DNA of 64,000 nt, from assembly GCA_000091205.1 (NCBI GenBank), contig AP006487.2. One strand, given 5' to 3'. Position 1 is the first letter of the stretch, and every line of letters begins with the position of its first letter. The notes under the pieces are model-generated. The model saw only the letters and a list, made by a program, of their open reading frames with translations, made no database searches and was not told the DNA's origin. Both the position numbers and the translations under genes were made by a program. This DNA comes from Cyanidioschyzon merolae. Its lineage: Eukaryota. Positions 11,238 to 22,229 of this stretch are shown piece by piece.

Positions 11238-12689
11238 ATGGATGCGGATCTGCTCGAAAAAGCCCGAGCACTAGCGGATCCGGCCTACGTTACTGTCGCC
11301 GAAGCCGCCCGCCGAAGTCGCACGGCGCTATTTCGTCAACTCCTTACCCAGCGAAGACTTTTGCCTCAGGGACTCGACGAGCACACCGTTCGTCTATTGG
11401 TCGACGAGCTCGCCGGCCTGGACGCAAACCAGTTTATAGACCAAGCCAACGTCGGCGAGCGCGAAGGCCGTATTTACAGCGAACTCGTGCGGGCGCGCCA
11501 TTTCGGAATGGCGCACGGCATGGGCCGGGCCGGCGACCTGGCTGCCTCGCAGCCCAAGGCCTGCGGTGCATCCATCCTCGTGCGTTTATGCGCGGCGCTA
11601 TTGCTGGATGCGCTCCATGTTGCCGGTTTCAGGAGCTGCCGTCGGGTCGCGCTGCTGCCGATCGCCACCGGCATGGCGATGACGCTGTGCCTGCTGGCGC
11701 TTCGCTGGCAGCGACCCGCCGCAGATCGCGTCCTCTGGATCCGCATCGACCAGAAAGCATGTCTGAAATGCATCAGAGCCGCTGGCTACCAGATTGATGT
11801 TCTGGAAAACAAACTCGATGGCGACCAGGTCGTCACCGATATGGAGGCGTTGGAGAAGCGTCTGGCAGCGAGCGACCCCAGCCGCTACGCTGCCGTCATC
11901 AGCACCACATCGTGTTTTGCGCCGCGTGCCCCTGACCGTGTTGTTGCTATCGCTCAGCTTTGTGCACGTTACGGCATACCGCACCTCATTAACCATGCCT
12001 ATGGCGTGCAGAGCCGCCGCTGCAACGGGCTCGTGTGCGCAGCGTGTCGCCTAGGTCGGGTCGATGCCGTCATTTTCTCGTTCGACAAGAACTTTATGGT
12101 GCCCGTCGGCGGCGCCGGCGTTGCTGGCACCTCCCCCACGTTCATCGAGGCAGTGGAGTCGTTATATCCGGGTCGCGCCTCCGTGGCACCGGTAGTGGAT
12201 CTGTTCATTACACTGCTCCAACTCGGCCGCGACGGCTTCTCGGGACTGCTGCGCGAACGCGAGCGTCGTTTCCAGCGCTTCCAGGCGCAGCTGGCGCCAG
12301 TACTCGCCAAGCACGGCGAACGACTATTGCACACGCCCGATAACCCAATCTCATTCGCAATCAGCCTGGAACACACCATGCTCGAGGGCGGCATCGAGCC
12401 AACGGCGATCGGGAGCATGCTGTACGCGAGGCGCTGTTCAGGGCCGCGCGCCGTGCTCGGCACCGAGCGGCGTCTCGTGCAGGGGGTGCTTCTAGCCGGG
12501 TACGGTGCGCATATCGCGGATTATCCGGTGCCGTACCTCAACCTGGCAGCAGCCATTGGGATCCGGGATATCGACATCGAACGATTCTGTCGCCGCCTGG
12601 ATGAGGTGCTGGGGCAGGTGCGCGGCACTCGCCACGCCTCTGCAGCTAGCGCGGCGCTTGGGCCCCGAGCCGATCCAGGTCCGCCATGA
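11238..12689 (+). CDS. SEPSECS: O-phosphoseryl-tRNA(Sec) selenium transferase (SepSecS / SLA-LP)
   Basis: Long collinear match to the SepSecS family from memory: VGEREGRIYSELVRARHFGMAHGMGRAGD, QPKACGAS, PIATGMAMTLC, WIRIDQKAC, STTSCFAPRAPD, NHAYGVQS, SFDKNFMVPVGGA (PLP lysine context), LYPGRAS, LLHTPDNPISFA. Track start 11046 is TTG. The ATG at 11238 (MDADLLEKAR) matches the family N-terminus. Confidence 0.92.
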   Translation: MDADLLEKARALADPAYVTVAEAARRSRTALFRQLLTQRRLLPQGLDEHTVRLLVDELAGLDANQFIDQANVGEREGRIYSELVRARHFGMAHGMGRAGDLAASQPKACGASILVRLCAALLLDALHVAGFRSCRRVALLPIATGMAMTLCLLALRWQRPAADRVLWIRIDQKACLKCIRAAGYQIDVLENKLDGDQVVTDMEALEKRLAASDPSRYAAVISTTSCFAPRAPDRVVAIAQLCARYGIPHLINHAYGVQSRRCNGLVCAACRLGRVDAVIFSFDKNFMVPVGGAGVAGTSPTFIEAVESLYPGRASVAPVVDLFITLLQLGRDGFSGLLRERERRFQRFQAQLAPVLAKHGERLLHTPDNPISFAISLEHTMLEGGIEPTAIGSMLYARRCSGPRAVLGTERRLVQGVLLAGYGAHIADYPVPYLNLAAAIGIRDIDIERFCRRLDEVLGQVRGTRHASAASAALGPRADPGPP

Positions 12690-13761
12690 GGCGCGGCAGG
12701 CGCACCAGTCCGCGGATTCGTGCACCGACGCGACCGTCCCTGCGAATGACGAACGTGAGATCATCGCTCGGTTTCACATTCGATGCACGCGCACACTCTT
12801 CCCGGATCCAGGCAAGCCATTCCTGAGGATTCGCTGGGGTTGCGATCCAGAATGCATTCGCTCGTCTGCGGGCGGCATCCAGGGCAACGAGCCAAGCATC
12901 GAGCACACCTGAAGCAGACCGCGTTTCCGCGCTGGACGGCACTGTAGGCGTTTGTCGGGCCGCGTCCCAGAGGACTGGCACCCAGACAACGCTCCGCTGA
13001 ATGAGTGCATCCGAATGCGGCTCGGCCTGAGCGAGCCACTCGCGCGCTTTCTCCAGACTCGTGACAGTGATGATGACTCGATACTGCCCTCGCAGGGAAG
13101 CGAGGGGAAAGCGCCAGCGAGGTCCCGGCTCCGACTCTAGCTGTAGCGCAGCGAGGCGCGCTCCCTGTTGCATGCGCTCGAGGCGTCGCTTGGCAGCCAC
13201 ATCGTCCCAGCGGTAGAGTGCTGCACAGAGCACACCAGAGGTCACGTCGATACCGAGGTTGCGCGCAGCCTGCCACCAGCTCTCGGTGGCGGTTGCACTG
13301 CCCGTGAGGGCCACCAGGCTACTCAGCGCGATAACGCTGGCGATGGTTGCACTCGCAACGCCGCCGGCATAGAGAAACTGGCGCGCTTTGCGGAACGGTG
13401 CCTCGGCCTCCTCGCGTAGCTGCCGTCGCTGTGCGGCACTGAGCGCAGCACTTGCTGGTGGTTCCCGGATAGTGCGCGCCTCCCGGAGCTGCGGTTTCGG
13501 ATAGCGGCTCTCGGGCTCCGTTCCCTGGTGGCTGCTCACGCTCGCACAGGCAACTGGCACACGCAAGTGCTTCTTGTGTGTAGGCGAGGAGCGTGCCGAT
13601 GGCATAACTGCCGCGGTGCGCGTAGCGCATGCCGCACCATGCACCCACGCGGAGCGCGAGTACCTGCACTGCCGTGTGCACACCGCAGGTACAAAACCGA
13701 ACCACAGCGACTCCACGGTAAAAGCAAGTTGTCTCTGATGACGTGCCGGTCTCGAAACCAT
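12646..13761 (-). CDS. DUF3493 / LOW-PSII-ACCUMULATION-1-like protein with N-terminal targeting extension, putative
   Basis: 371-aa ORF from ATG (cat 13759-13761). The segment QRRQLREEAEAPFRKARQFLYAGGVASATIASVIALSSLVAL is followed by a second hydrophobic helix. This resembles the DUF3493 signature (EAEAPFR..R.F.Y) seen in cyanobacterial and plastid proteins. The function call is from memory only. Confidence 0.4.
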   Translation of the reverse strand: MVSRPARHQRQLAFTVESLWFGFVPAVCTRQCRYSRSAWVHGAACATRTAAVMPSARSSPTHKKHLRVPVACASVSSHQGTEPESRYPKPQLREARTIREPPASAALSAAQRRQLREEAEAPFRKARQFLYAGGVASATIASVIALSSLVALTGSATATESWWQAARNLGIDVTSGVLCAALYRWDDVAAKRRLERMQQGARLAALQLESEPGPRWRFPLASLRGQYRVIITVTSLEKAREWLAQAEPHSDALIQRSVVWVPVLWDAARQTPTVPSSAETRSASGVLDAWLVALDAARRRANAFWIATPANPQEWLAWIREECARASNVKPSDDLTFVIRRDGRVGARIRGLVRLPRLMADLDRLGAQAPR

Positions 13762-13971
13762 AAACTTGCAGCGGAGTTTGCTTTAAGTCAGTTCCCCGAA
13801 AGGCGTCGTGCGCTTAACCTGTTGCACAGGCGCACGTGCCAGCACAAAGTGGCAGCGTTATGGATCGGCGCACACCTGCACATAGCAGCGTTCACGTTTG
13901 TACCCGTGGCTGTGCAGCCCAGTGTTGTTGCAGAGTCTGCGTCCAGGAGAGTGCAAGGAAGCGGCATGGAA

Positions 13972-15345
13972 CCGCACACCGAATGAGGTCTCGTGATCGA
14001 GTCATCTACGAGTTTGACTCCGTTCCCGCTAAACTCTGTCTAATAGAAACATACATCGACTGAGGTCTCGTGATCGATTCATCTACAAGTTTGACTCCGT
14101 TCCCGCTAGACTCTGTCTAATAGAAACGTACATCGACTGAGGTCTCGTGATCGATTCATCCACGAGTTTGACTCCGTTCCCGCTAGACTCTGTCTAATAG
14201 AAACATACACCGACTGAGGTCTCGTGATCGATTCATCTACGAGTTTGACTCCGTTCCCGCTAGACTCTGTCTAATAGAAACATACACCGACTGAGGTCTC
14301 GTGATCGATTCATCCACGAGTTTGACTCCGTTCCCGCTAGACTCTGTTTAATAGAAACAAACATCGACTGAGGTCTCGTGATCGATTCATCCACGAGTTT
14401 GACTCCGTTCCCGCTAAACTCTGTCTAATAGAAACATACACCGACTGAGGTCTCGTGATCGATTCATCCACGAGTTTGACTCCGTTCCCGCTAGACTCTG
14501 TTTAATAGAAACATACATCGACTGAGGTCTCGTGATCGATTCATCCACGAGTTTGACTCCGTTCCCGCTAGACTCTGTCTAATAGAAACATACATCGACT
14601 GAGGTCTCGTGATCGATTCATCCACGAGTTTGACTCCGTTCCCGCTAGACTCTGTTTGATAGAAACATACATCGACTGAGGTCTCGTGATCGATTCATCC
14701 ACGAGTTTGACTCCGTTCCCGCTAGACTCTGTCTAATAGAAACATACACCGACTGAGGTCTCGTGATCGATTCATCCACGAGTTTGACTCCGTTCCCGCT
14801 AGACTCTGTTTAATAGAAACAAACATCGACTGAGGTCTCGTGATCGATTCATCCACGAGTTTGACTCCGTTCCCGCTAGACTCTGTCTAATAGAAACATA
14901 CACCGACTGAGGTCTCGTGATCGATTCATCCACGAGTTTGACTCCGTTCCCGCTAGACTCTGTTTAATAGAAACATACATCGACTGAGGTCTCGTGATCG
15001 ATTCATCCACGAGTTTGACTCCGTTCCCGCTAGACTCTGTCTAATAGAAACATACATCGACTGAGGTCTCGTGATCGATTCATCCACGAGTTTGACTCCG
15101 TTCCCGCTAGACTCTGTTTGATAGAAACATACATCGACTGAGGTCTCGTGATCGATTCATCCACGAGTTTGACTCCGTTCCCGCTAGACTCTGTCTAATA
15201 GAAACATACATCGACTGAGGTCTCGTGATCGATTCATCCACGAGTTTGACTCCGTTCCCGCTAGACTCTGTCTAATAGAAACATACACCGACTGAAGTCT
15301 CGTGATCGATTCATCTACGAGTTTGACTCCGGTCCCGCTAGACTC
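13972..15345. repeat. 77-bp tandem repeat array, ~17.7 units, with 6-unit (462-bp) higher-order periodicity
   Basis: ctgagg unit starts at 14060, 14137 and 14214 give a 77-bp period. Consensus: TGAGGTCTCGTGATCGATTCATCCACGAGTTTGACTCCGTTCCCGCTAGACTCTGTCTAATAGAAACATACATCGAC. Stops occur in all six frames, and the track shows no ORF of 60 aa or more between 14063 and 15184. Confidence 0.97.
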
Positions 15346-15985
15346 CATGTTTCGTACGAGGCGCTCGCGAGGATCACCCGCGTGATACTGGGACGCGCTC
15401 GAATGCGTTGCACTCACAGAGCCTCAGTTCTCACTGGTCCCCGTGGGGCATCGTATTTGGGACGGCTTCTGCCGATGCATCATGAATCTAATCGATATAT
15501 GTGTATCTTCAGTCAGCGTGGTGATTGCATCTGTATCGCTCTGCGAGGTGTCTGGGCTCTCCGCGAATGCGTATGGTGCCCGCATCGAAAGTTTCGACAG
15601 ACGGGGTGCCAGTGGTAAAGTGAGGCTGTAACCAGGCTCTTGGAAAGACGCGTTTATCGAACAGCGCTCTGTTCATGATGTAGAACGTGTAAACACGAAG
15701 CTGCAGTCACGACATGTGCTCTGTGAAAAACAACGAGGGCCCAGGTATGCTCTGGGCCATCGCTTGGAGACAGGCTCCCTCATCCTCCATCTGTTTTGCA
15801 CAGGAGAGAGGCCGCATAGTCAAGAGATCAGCGGCCTGACATGTGTACGATGCAAAGGTAGCAGTCAGAGCCTTCTGATCCACCGGGTGTTTCCAGGACG
15901 CCCGGCGCTGCACCTACGGAGCTCGCGCTTGCGCTGGACTCTAGGGTTCAACACCCGTAGCGCTTGTCTGTTTGCGGTCGGTACT

Positions 15986-16600
15986 ATGCTGCGTCTGGCC
16001 GAATGGAAAGACGCACAAACCACAGACGATGCAGACAAAAGTGACGAAGTTCGCAGCACCTCGCAACTGGCGAGCACCCCGCCGCAACCGAGTTCCCAGG
16101 TAGCTGGAGTGCCAACACCCGCGTCGCTACGCTGGCTGAGTCAACAGCGTCTCCAGCAGGACTTGACGGAGCTCGGCGTGACTGCACCGGAACTCGAGCT
16201 GCAGTTTCCGGACCTTTCGGATATCTCCCGGTTTATCGTAACGCTGTCTCCAGCAGAGGGCTGGTACAAGGGTCTGTGCTTTCGCTTTGCGTTTACGGTG
16301 CTGGAGACGTATCCTTTCGAGCCGCCACTGGTTCGCTGCCTCGACGCTGTCTGGCACCCTAACCTGGACGAACACGGTGCGGTCTGTCTGAGTATTTTAC
16401 GTGAGGACTGGCGACCCGTGTATACGCTCGTATCGCTAGTTCAAGGGCTTTTGCACTTGTTACTGGAGCCGAACCCGAACGATGCTCTAAACGCTGCAGC
16501 CGCCGAGATGCTGGTGCAAGACCCCGCCGCCTTTCAGGCTCGTGTTCACCAGCAGGTTCGGGAGCGCCAATACCATTTCGAGAACGCTGCACCTCCATGA
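15986..16600 (+). CDS. UBC12: NEDD8-conjugating E2 enzyme (UBC12/UBE2M type)
   Basis: UBC fold motifs YPFEPPLVRCLDAVWHPNLDEHGAVCLSILREDWRPV (catalytic Cys) and LLEPNPNDALNAAAAEML are typical of UBC12. The track ORF (15716) has an implausible N-terminal extension, so I use ATG 15986 (MLRLAEWKD). Confidence 0.85.
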   Translation: MLRLAEWKDAQTTDDADKSDEVRSTSQLASTPPQPSSQVAGVPTPASLRWLSQQRLQQDLTELGVTAPELELQFPDLSDISRFIVTLSPAEGWYKGLCFRFAFTVLETYPFEPPLVRCLDAVWHPNLDEHGAVCLSILREDWRPVYTLVSLVQGLLHLLLEPNPNDALNAAAAEMLVQDPAAFQARVHQQVRERQYHFENAAPP

Positions 16601-16808
16601 GACATGCAGACCGGAAACGGCTTCCTGCGTCGCTTATGCATATCTGCAGTGTCGCTGGGGCGCAGCTCGCCGGTGTCTGAAGTCTGCGCACTTTAGACGC
16701 TGCCGCCGAAAGCATTTCCAGTCTGGAAGGGTGGCTCGTTCACAAGCTATGGCCAGCGTACACCAATGCAGGATCCGCTCACGATACCGTGCGAGTGTCA
16801 GCGCGCAA

Positions 16809-18395
16809 CTAGCCGTACTGTGTGCTTCCCAGCAGGACGTCGCTTCGCGCTGCAGATGTGGATGCTCCGAGGTCAACGAATTGTGTGTCCAGAAAAGTTT
16901 CGAGCGGCAGCTGCTGTTCCGTTGCCGCTAAAAGCCAATCTATTCGATATGCTCGCGCATATCGACACCGAAACCACGCCGTCACCGGAGGTGTCAGCGC
17001 TTCCTTCATGCCGATCAGGCTGCCGATTTCGAGACGACCATGCGTTTCATTCAGATTCTCTTGTCCTGGAGCGGATCGCATTTCTACGAGGAACCACGGC
17101 AACGCTGGCCCATTCATCTGGGCATCCGTCGCACCAGCGGTATCGCCAGGAGCATCTGATGTATCCCACGGTTCGAGCGCATTTCGCTCAAAGCGAGGAC
17201 ATCCGCGACCTTTCCACACCATCCATCGATGTTCTTCGTCTTGGCAAATATGTCGAAGTACATGGAGAGAACGAGGACTCGTTAGGTGTTCCAGTCGCTG
17301 CCATATCATTTTCCGCAATGAAACCCATGAAGGATGGTCAACGCGCAGGCTAAACATCCAAATCCGTAACAAAAGCAAGAGCTGGAAACAGTCATCCGTG
17401 CGAAGTTGCTCCAGAAGGCTGGCGTCGAGAGCGCCCACCGCACAGGCCTCGACCCAGTTGTAGGTTTGGATGAGCGATCGCTGAACACCAGCGAAATGAA
17501 TCGATCGATGCCAACTCGATATGTCGGAGCTCTTGTCTTCAACGCCATCGCCAGGTGCAGGGAGAAAATCAGTCAGAACGCGGCTGGCGTCAGTTGCGTC
17601 CACAGGAACGTTACCTCCGAGCATCCGCAACAGAGCTGCAAGTGCAGTCGGACTCGGTGCCATGCTCGGCTGCTGCTCCGGGCGAGTAGATTCCGTGCTC
17701 ATTCCCTGCGTAGAAGCATGCGTTCGCTTCTGCTGATCATCAGAGTGATTCGTTGTGTCTGCGTGGGACTGCTCGGGACCAGACATCGTTATCGTCGTCG
17801 TTTTGGTAATATCCGCCTTTGTATCTGTTTCATTGGTCGAGCGCGATGATCTGGATATAAATGCTGACGCGTGGAGCGCCGCTCCCTCTTTTTCAACGTT
17901 CGGGATCTGCCGAGGCCAGTGCGAACCCGGTGCCAGAGAAGCATACGCATTCCGCAAGTTCACGTGCGAGCGATCGTCAACTGGTAGCGCTGCACTCAAC
18001 AGTCGCATAGCTCGAGCACGCAACTGCCAGTCCCGCATTCCAGAAGTGCGAGCCATGAGTCCACGCCAGAGCGCTCGAATGAGCGTCAGACCCTCCCGCG
18101 GTGTCAACGGTTCCCCGCGGCGTGCTGCGACGTACCCCTCTAGCGCTTCGAGGACCGACTCAACCTGGGACGCTCGACTGATCGTGACAGGGACCGCTTC
18201 CAACCATTCTTCAATAGTTTTCCAGTCGCCTTGGGCAAGTTGATCACGCAAAAAATCGACCGGGGAGCTCGTAGCGCCATCAGAGGCCGCAGCCGGCGCT
18301 GCCACGAAAACGCTTGCCACTTCGGTCGTCTCCGACCCGGAGGCACGAGACGCTGCGGTTGCTTTTCCTGTGCGTTGCCGTTTGGTCCCGGGCAT
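16809..18395 (-). CDS. Hypothetical protein, 528 aa
   Basis: Long uninterrupted ORF from ATG (cat 18393-18395) with non-repetitive composition. No domain recognised. Confidence 0.45.
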   Translation of the reverse strand: MPGTKRQRTGKATAASRASGSETTEVASVFVAAPAAASDGATSSPVDFLRDQLAQGDWKTIEEWLEAVPVTISRASQVESVLEALEGYVAARRGEPLTPREGLTLIRALWRGLMARTSGMRDWQLRARAMRLLSAALPVDDRSHVNLRNAYASLAPGSHWPRQIPNVEKEGAALHASAFISRSSRSTNETDTKADITKTTTITMSGPEQSHADTTNHSDDQQKRTHASTQGMSTESTRPEQQPSMAPSPTALAALLRMLGGNVPVDATDASRVLTDFLPAPGDGVEDKSSDISSWHRSIHFAGVQRSLIQTYNWVEACAVGALDASLLEQLRTDDCFQLLLLLRIWMFSLRVDHPSWVSLRKMIWQRLEHLTSPRSLHVLRHICQDEEHRWMVWKGRGCPRFERNALEPWDTSDAPGDTAGATDAQMNGPALPWFLVEMRSAPGQENLNETHGRLEIGSLIGMKEALTPPVTAWFRCRYARAYRIDWLLAATEQQLPLETFLDTQFVDLGASTSAARSDVLLGSTQYG

Positions 18396-18984
18396 GCTCC
18401 AGACCTCACTGAAAGCACGTCCGTAACAGTCGCACTGATGGACTTGGCCCTGAAGCGCTCACCGAGACGCAGCGACAGTACGGCTAGGCGCAAGCGCTGC
18501 GCCCTGGCGATGGAGGCGCCCTCACAGAGCCGCTGTGCCAAACTGCCGAGCGACTCTCCCTCTACAAGCAAGATCGAAGCGCCGAACTAGAATTCGGTCT
18601 GACTTGGGGAGTTGCAGACTGTGGTCAGGGAAGAGAGCTTCATCTCTCGGAAGGTGACTGAACACGCCGCAACTGCTCGACCCCGTCTTCTCGCCGGGCA
18701 CGATCACAAGGTGAGAGCCGCGCAACGCTACGGGTATCCAGCCTTGCCCAGAAGGTCGTAGCGACACCTGCAACCTCAATGGTGTGAGATGCATGAGTCT
18801 GAACAGGTTCGCATTGGGTGCTAAAGTGGTTTCGGGGAATACGAAAGGGATCCAGGTTCCTGCAGGTACACTGCTGCTTACGACAACAGTCTGAGTACAA
18901 TTGCTCCGTGGAAGTGAGGCCGCGTCCGTGTCAGCATTATTTGGAACGGGTCGTGCGTCTCTGGCGTATACGCTAAACTTTGAC

Positions 18985-20270
18985 GCTGTTTGCAGTGGCT
19001 TGAACACTGGTCGAGCTGTCTATATCTGCTTCTACTTCCTATTCCTCTCTGTTCCCTCGGATGGAAACGCGCAGGTCTGTCGATTACGTCTAGCTCCGTT
19101 GCCAGCAGTCGAAACATGTTGGTGGCAGCCTTGCAGTCCTGATTTCGCCGCATTCGGCTCTTGTCAACACATCGCAGAGAAAGACAGTAGTTGCGGTCTA
19201 GATTTCGCTTTCCATGTTCATCTTCTTTGGACACAGCGAGGCGCTTCGCAAAAGGTGAAATTCGGCGACGCTCAGGTGCTCCAAGATGTCAAGCACACCG
19301 CTTTTGCCTACGAGGATCATCCCGTGGCGCGTGAACGCTTACTTCATCGCACGCTACATGCCCTTGACGGGAACTAGAGGCTCTACTCGATGCCTTGCTC
19401 CATTTCGGCGCCTGGTACCGCACCTTGGCATCACGGGCTTTTCCTGGGCGATCCCCTTGACGAGTACTCGGTTCGCTGCAGAAGGGATACGCCACTCTAC
19501 TCGATAGAGGATTTGTGGAACGCACTCATGTCTGTCAGAGCACAAGTACTGGAAGGAGAATCTAGGCTGCAGATCGCGTCGAGAAATTTCGATCGGTCTA
19601 TGCTGGCTTGTACACTGCGAGGACGCACGCTCTGCTGGAAGTGATCGCGGCAGTGATTGGATTCCAAATGCAAGACTCTTTGCCACGCAAACGGGCAAGA
19701 TGATAGCCGCTGTGAGCATATTCCGTGAGAGCTATCAAGCTGCAATGGAATCCCGTTTCGTTTACAGGCACGAACATGCAAGTATTCGTATTTCGAATGG
19801 AAACGATTACTGGATGTGACAAGTTCAAAGAACTTTCGGCATGCGCTTGTGAAGAATCCGTCAACGAACGTCGTCAGTTGCGTTACCTAGTCCATCCAGC
19901 GCTGCACATTGCTGCACCTTCGATTCGACTTGGAATCGAAAAATCGAATTCTTGGAGAATGCATGATTTGAGCTTGCTAAACGTCAGGAAAGGAGAACAT
20001 CGGAGGCCTGCACCCATATATTGGATCACGATATCGGTTAGGTAACGAACGCTAGTTCGAGGGCGTCGCCAATGGTCTTGACGCCGGTAACGTCACGAAC
20101 TCCAGTGGGAAAGCGTCGCAGGAGCCACTCCAATGAGACGACCGAAAATCCTCGTTCTACCCATGAATCCAGCATAGCTCTGCCATGCATTTCAATGTCG
20201 TAGCCGTGCAACTAAGAAAAGTTCCGGAAGAAAATCGAAAGGTAAAAATAGATGGACCCGTGCTGTTTTC
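18985..20270 (-). pseudogene. TnpB/Fanzor-like RuvC nuclease relic, family II copy 1 (TnpB-sized, ~1.2 kb, frameshifted)
   Basis: Minus-strand fragments in order: SLEWLLRRFPTGVRDVTGVKTIGDALELAFV; VNETGF; CALTDMSAFHKSSIE (RuvC-I-like, D codon 19532-19530); TEYS; HVACDEVS; LRCVDKSRMRRNQDCKAATNMF (RuvC-III-like, D codon 19138-19136). It aligns by eye with copies at 22.2-23.5 kb and 59.1-60.4 kb. Multiple stops and frame changes. Confidence 0.55.
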
Positions 20271-20506
20271 CATTGTCATCGAACATAGGTATGGCATAGC
20301 GTGGACTCCTGCATGTAGCGACGTCGCCGCCGCCGCCGCCGGCGGTGCGCTTTAGAGACACGCCGAACAACCCCAACGACAAGGCTGCTTCTGTCTGTAG
20401 CGTTTCCGCGTTCTGGTAGCCGTCAACACGTTTCGCTTCGTTCGATGTACAAAGCTTTCGACGGTGCAGCGAACGCTTTCCCGTGTCCATGAAGAAGCGC
20501 TTTTAG

Positions 20507-21592
<1,086 letters not shown>

Positions 21593-22229
21593 AAGCCGGG
21601 TTTTGGCTCAACGGGGTACGAGCGGTGCGCTCTGGAAGAATGATGCGCAGGCGTTGTGCGCGTTCGGCGGCAATCGCTGAAAGTGAAATGTGCAGATAAT
21701 GCAAAGTGTCCAGTCGTCCGATTAGGCTCCATGGATGAATGAGGAAGCGGAAGGCGTCCCTGCCATGGTTTTCCCCAGCGTCTACCAGCTGAGTCTATTT
21801 TGGGCGGCACTACTCGAACGCGTCGGGGGAAAAGACGACCCCAGACTCCGGAAAGGCGCCACAGTGTACACCATTTTGGCTATGTTGTGGCGAATCTCGT
21901 GTATCTGTTCGTGTGGATCCACTTCGGGCTGCAGGCAAAAATGGGTACGTCGCACTAACGCGCTATCCTTCATCCGTGGGTCTGAAACACCACTGCGCGG
22001 GAGATCTTTTCGCCCCGTGGAGCATGCCTCCGATAACTTAAGCTTGTCAAAGACGGAGAGAACCATAGCTTACCTATGTGCGCGTAGGAACGCGTATCTG
22101 CCATCAGCACTAGTCGGGAGAACCTGCATGGACTATGAGTAGCCTTGTGCACGGAGCAAGTTCCCTGAAAAACTACCCACCCATGCCCCCGTGTCAGATT
22201 CAAATGGAACACGAAACCGCTTGCTCTGT

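Noticed and set aside
13972-15345. Regularly spaced repeat with a hairpin per unit: is it a CRISPR array?
   Set aside because: Units are contiguous 77-mers with no unique spacers. Variation is limited to a few point differences arranged as a higher-order repeat. The context is eukaryotic nuclear DNA. It is a minisatellite.
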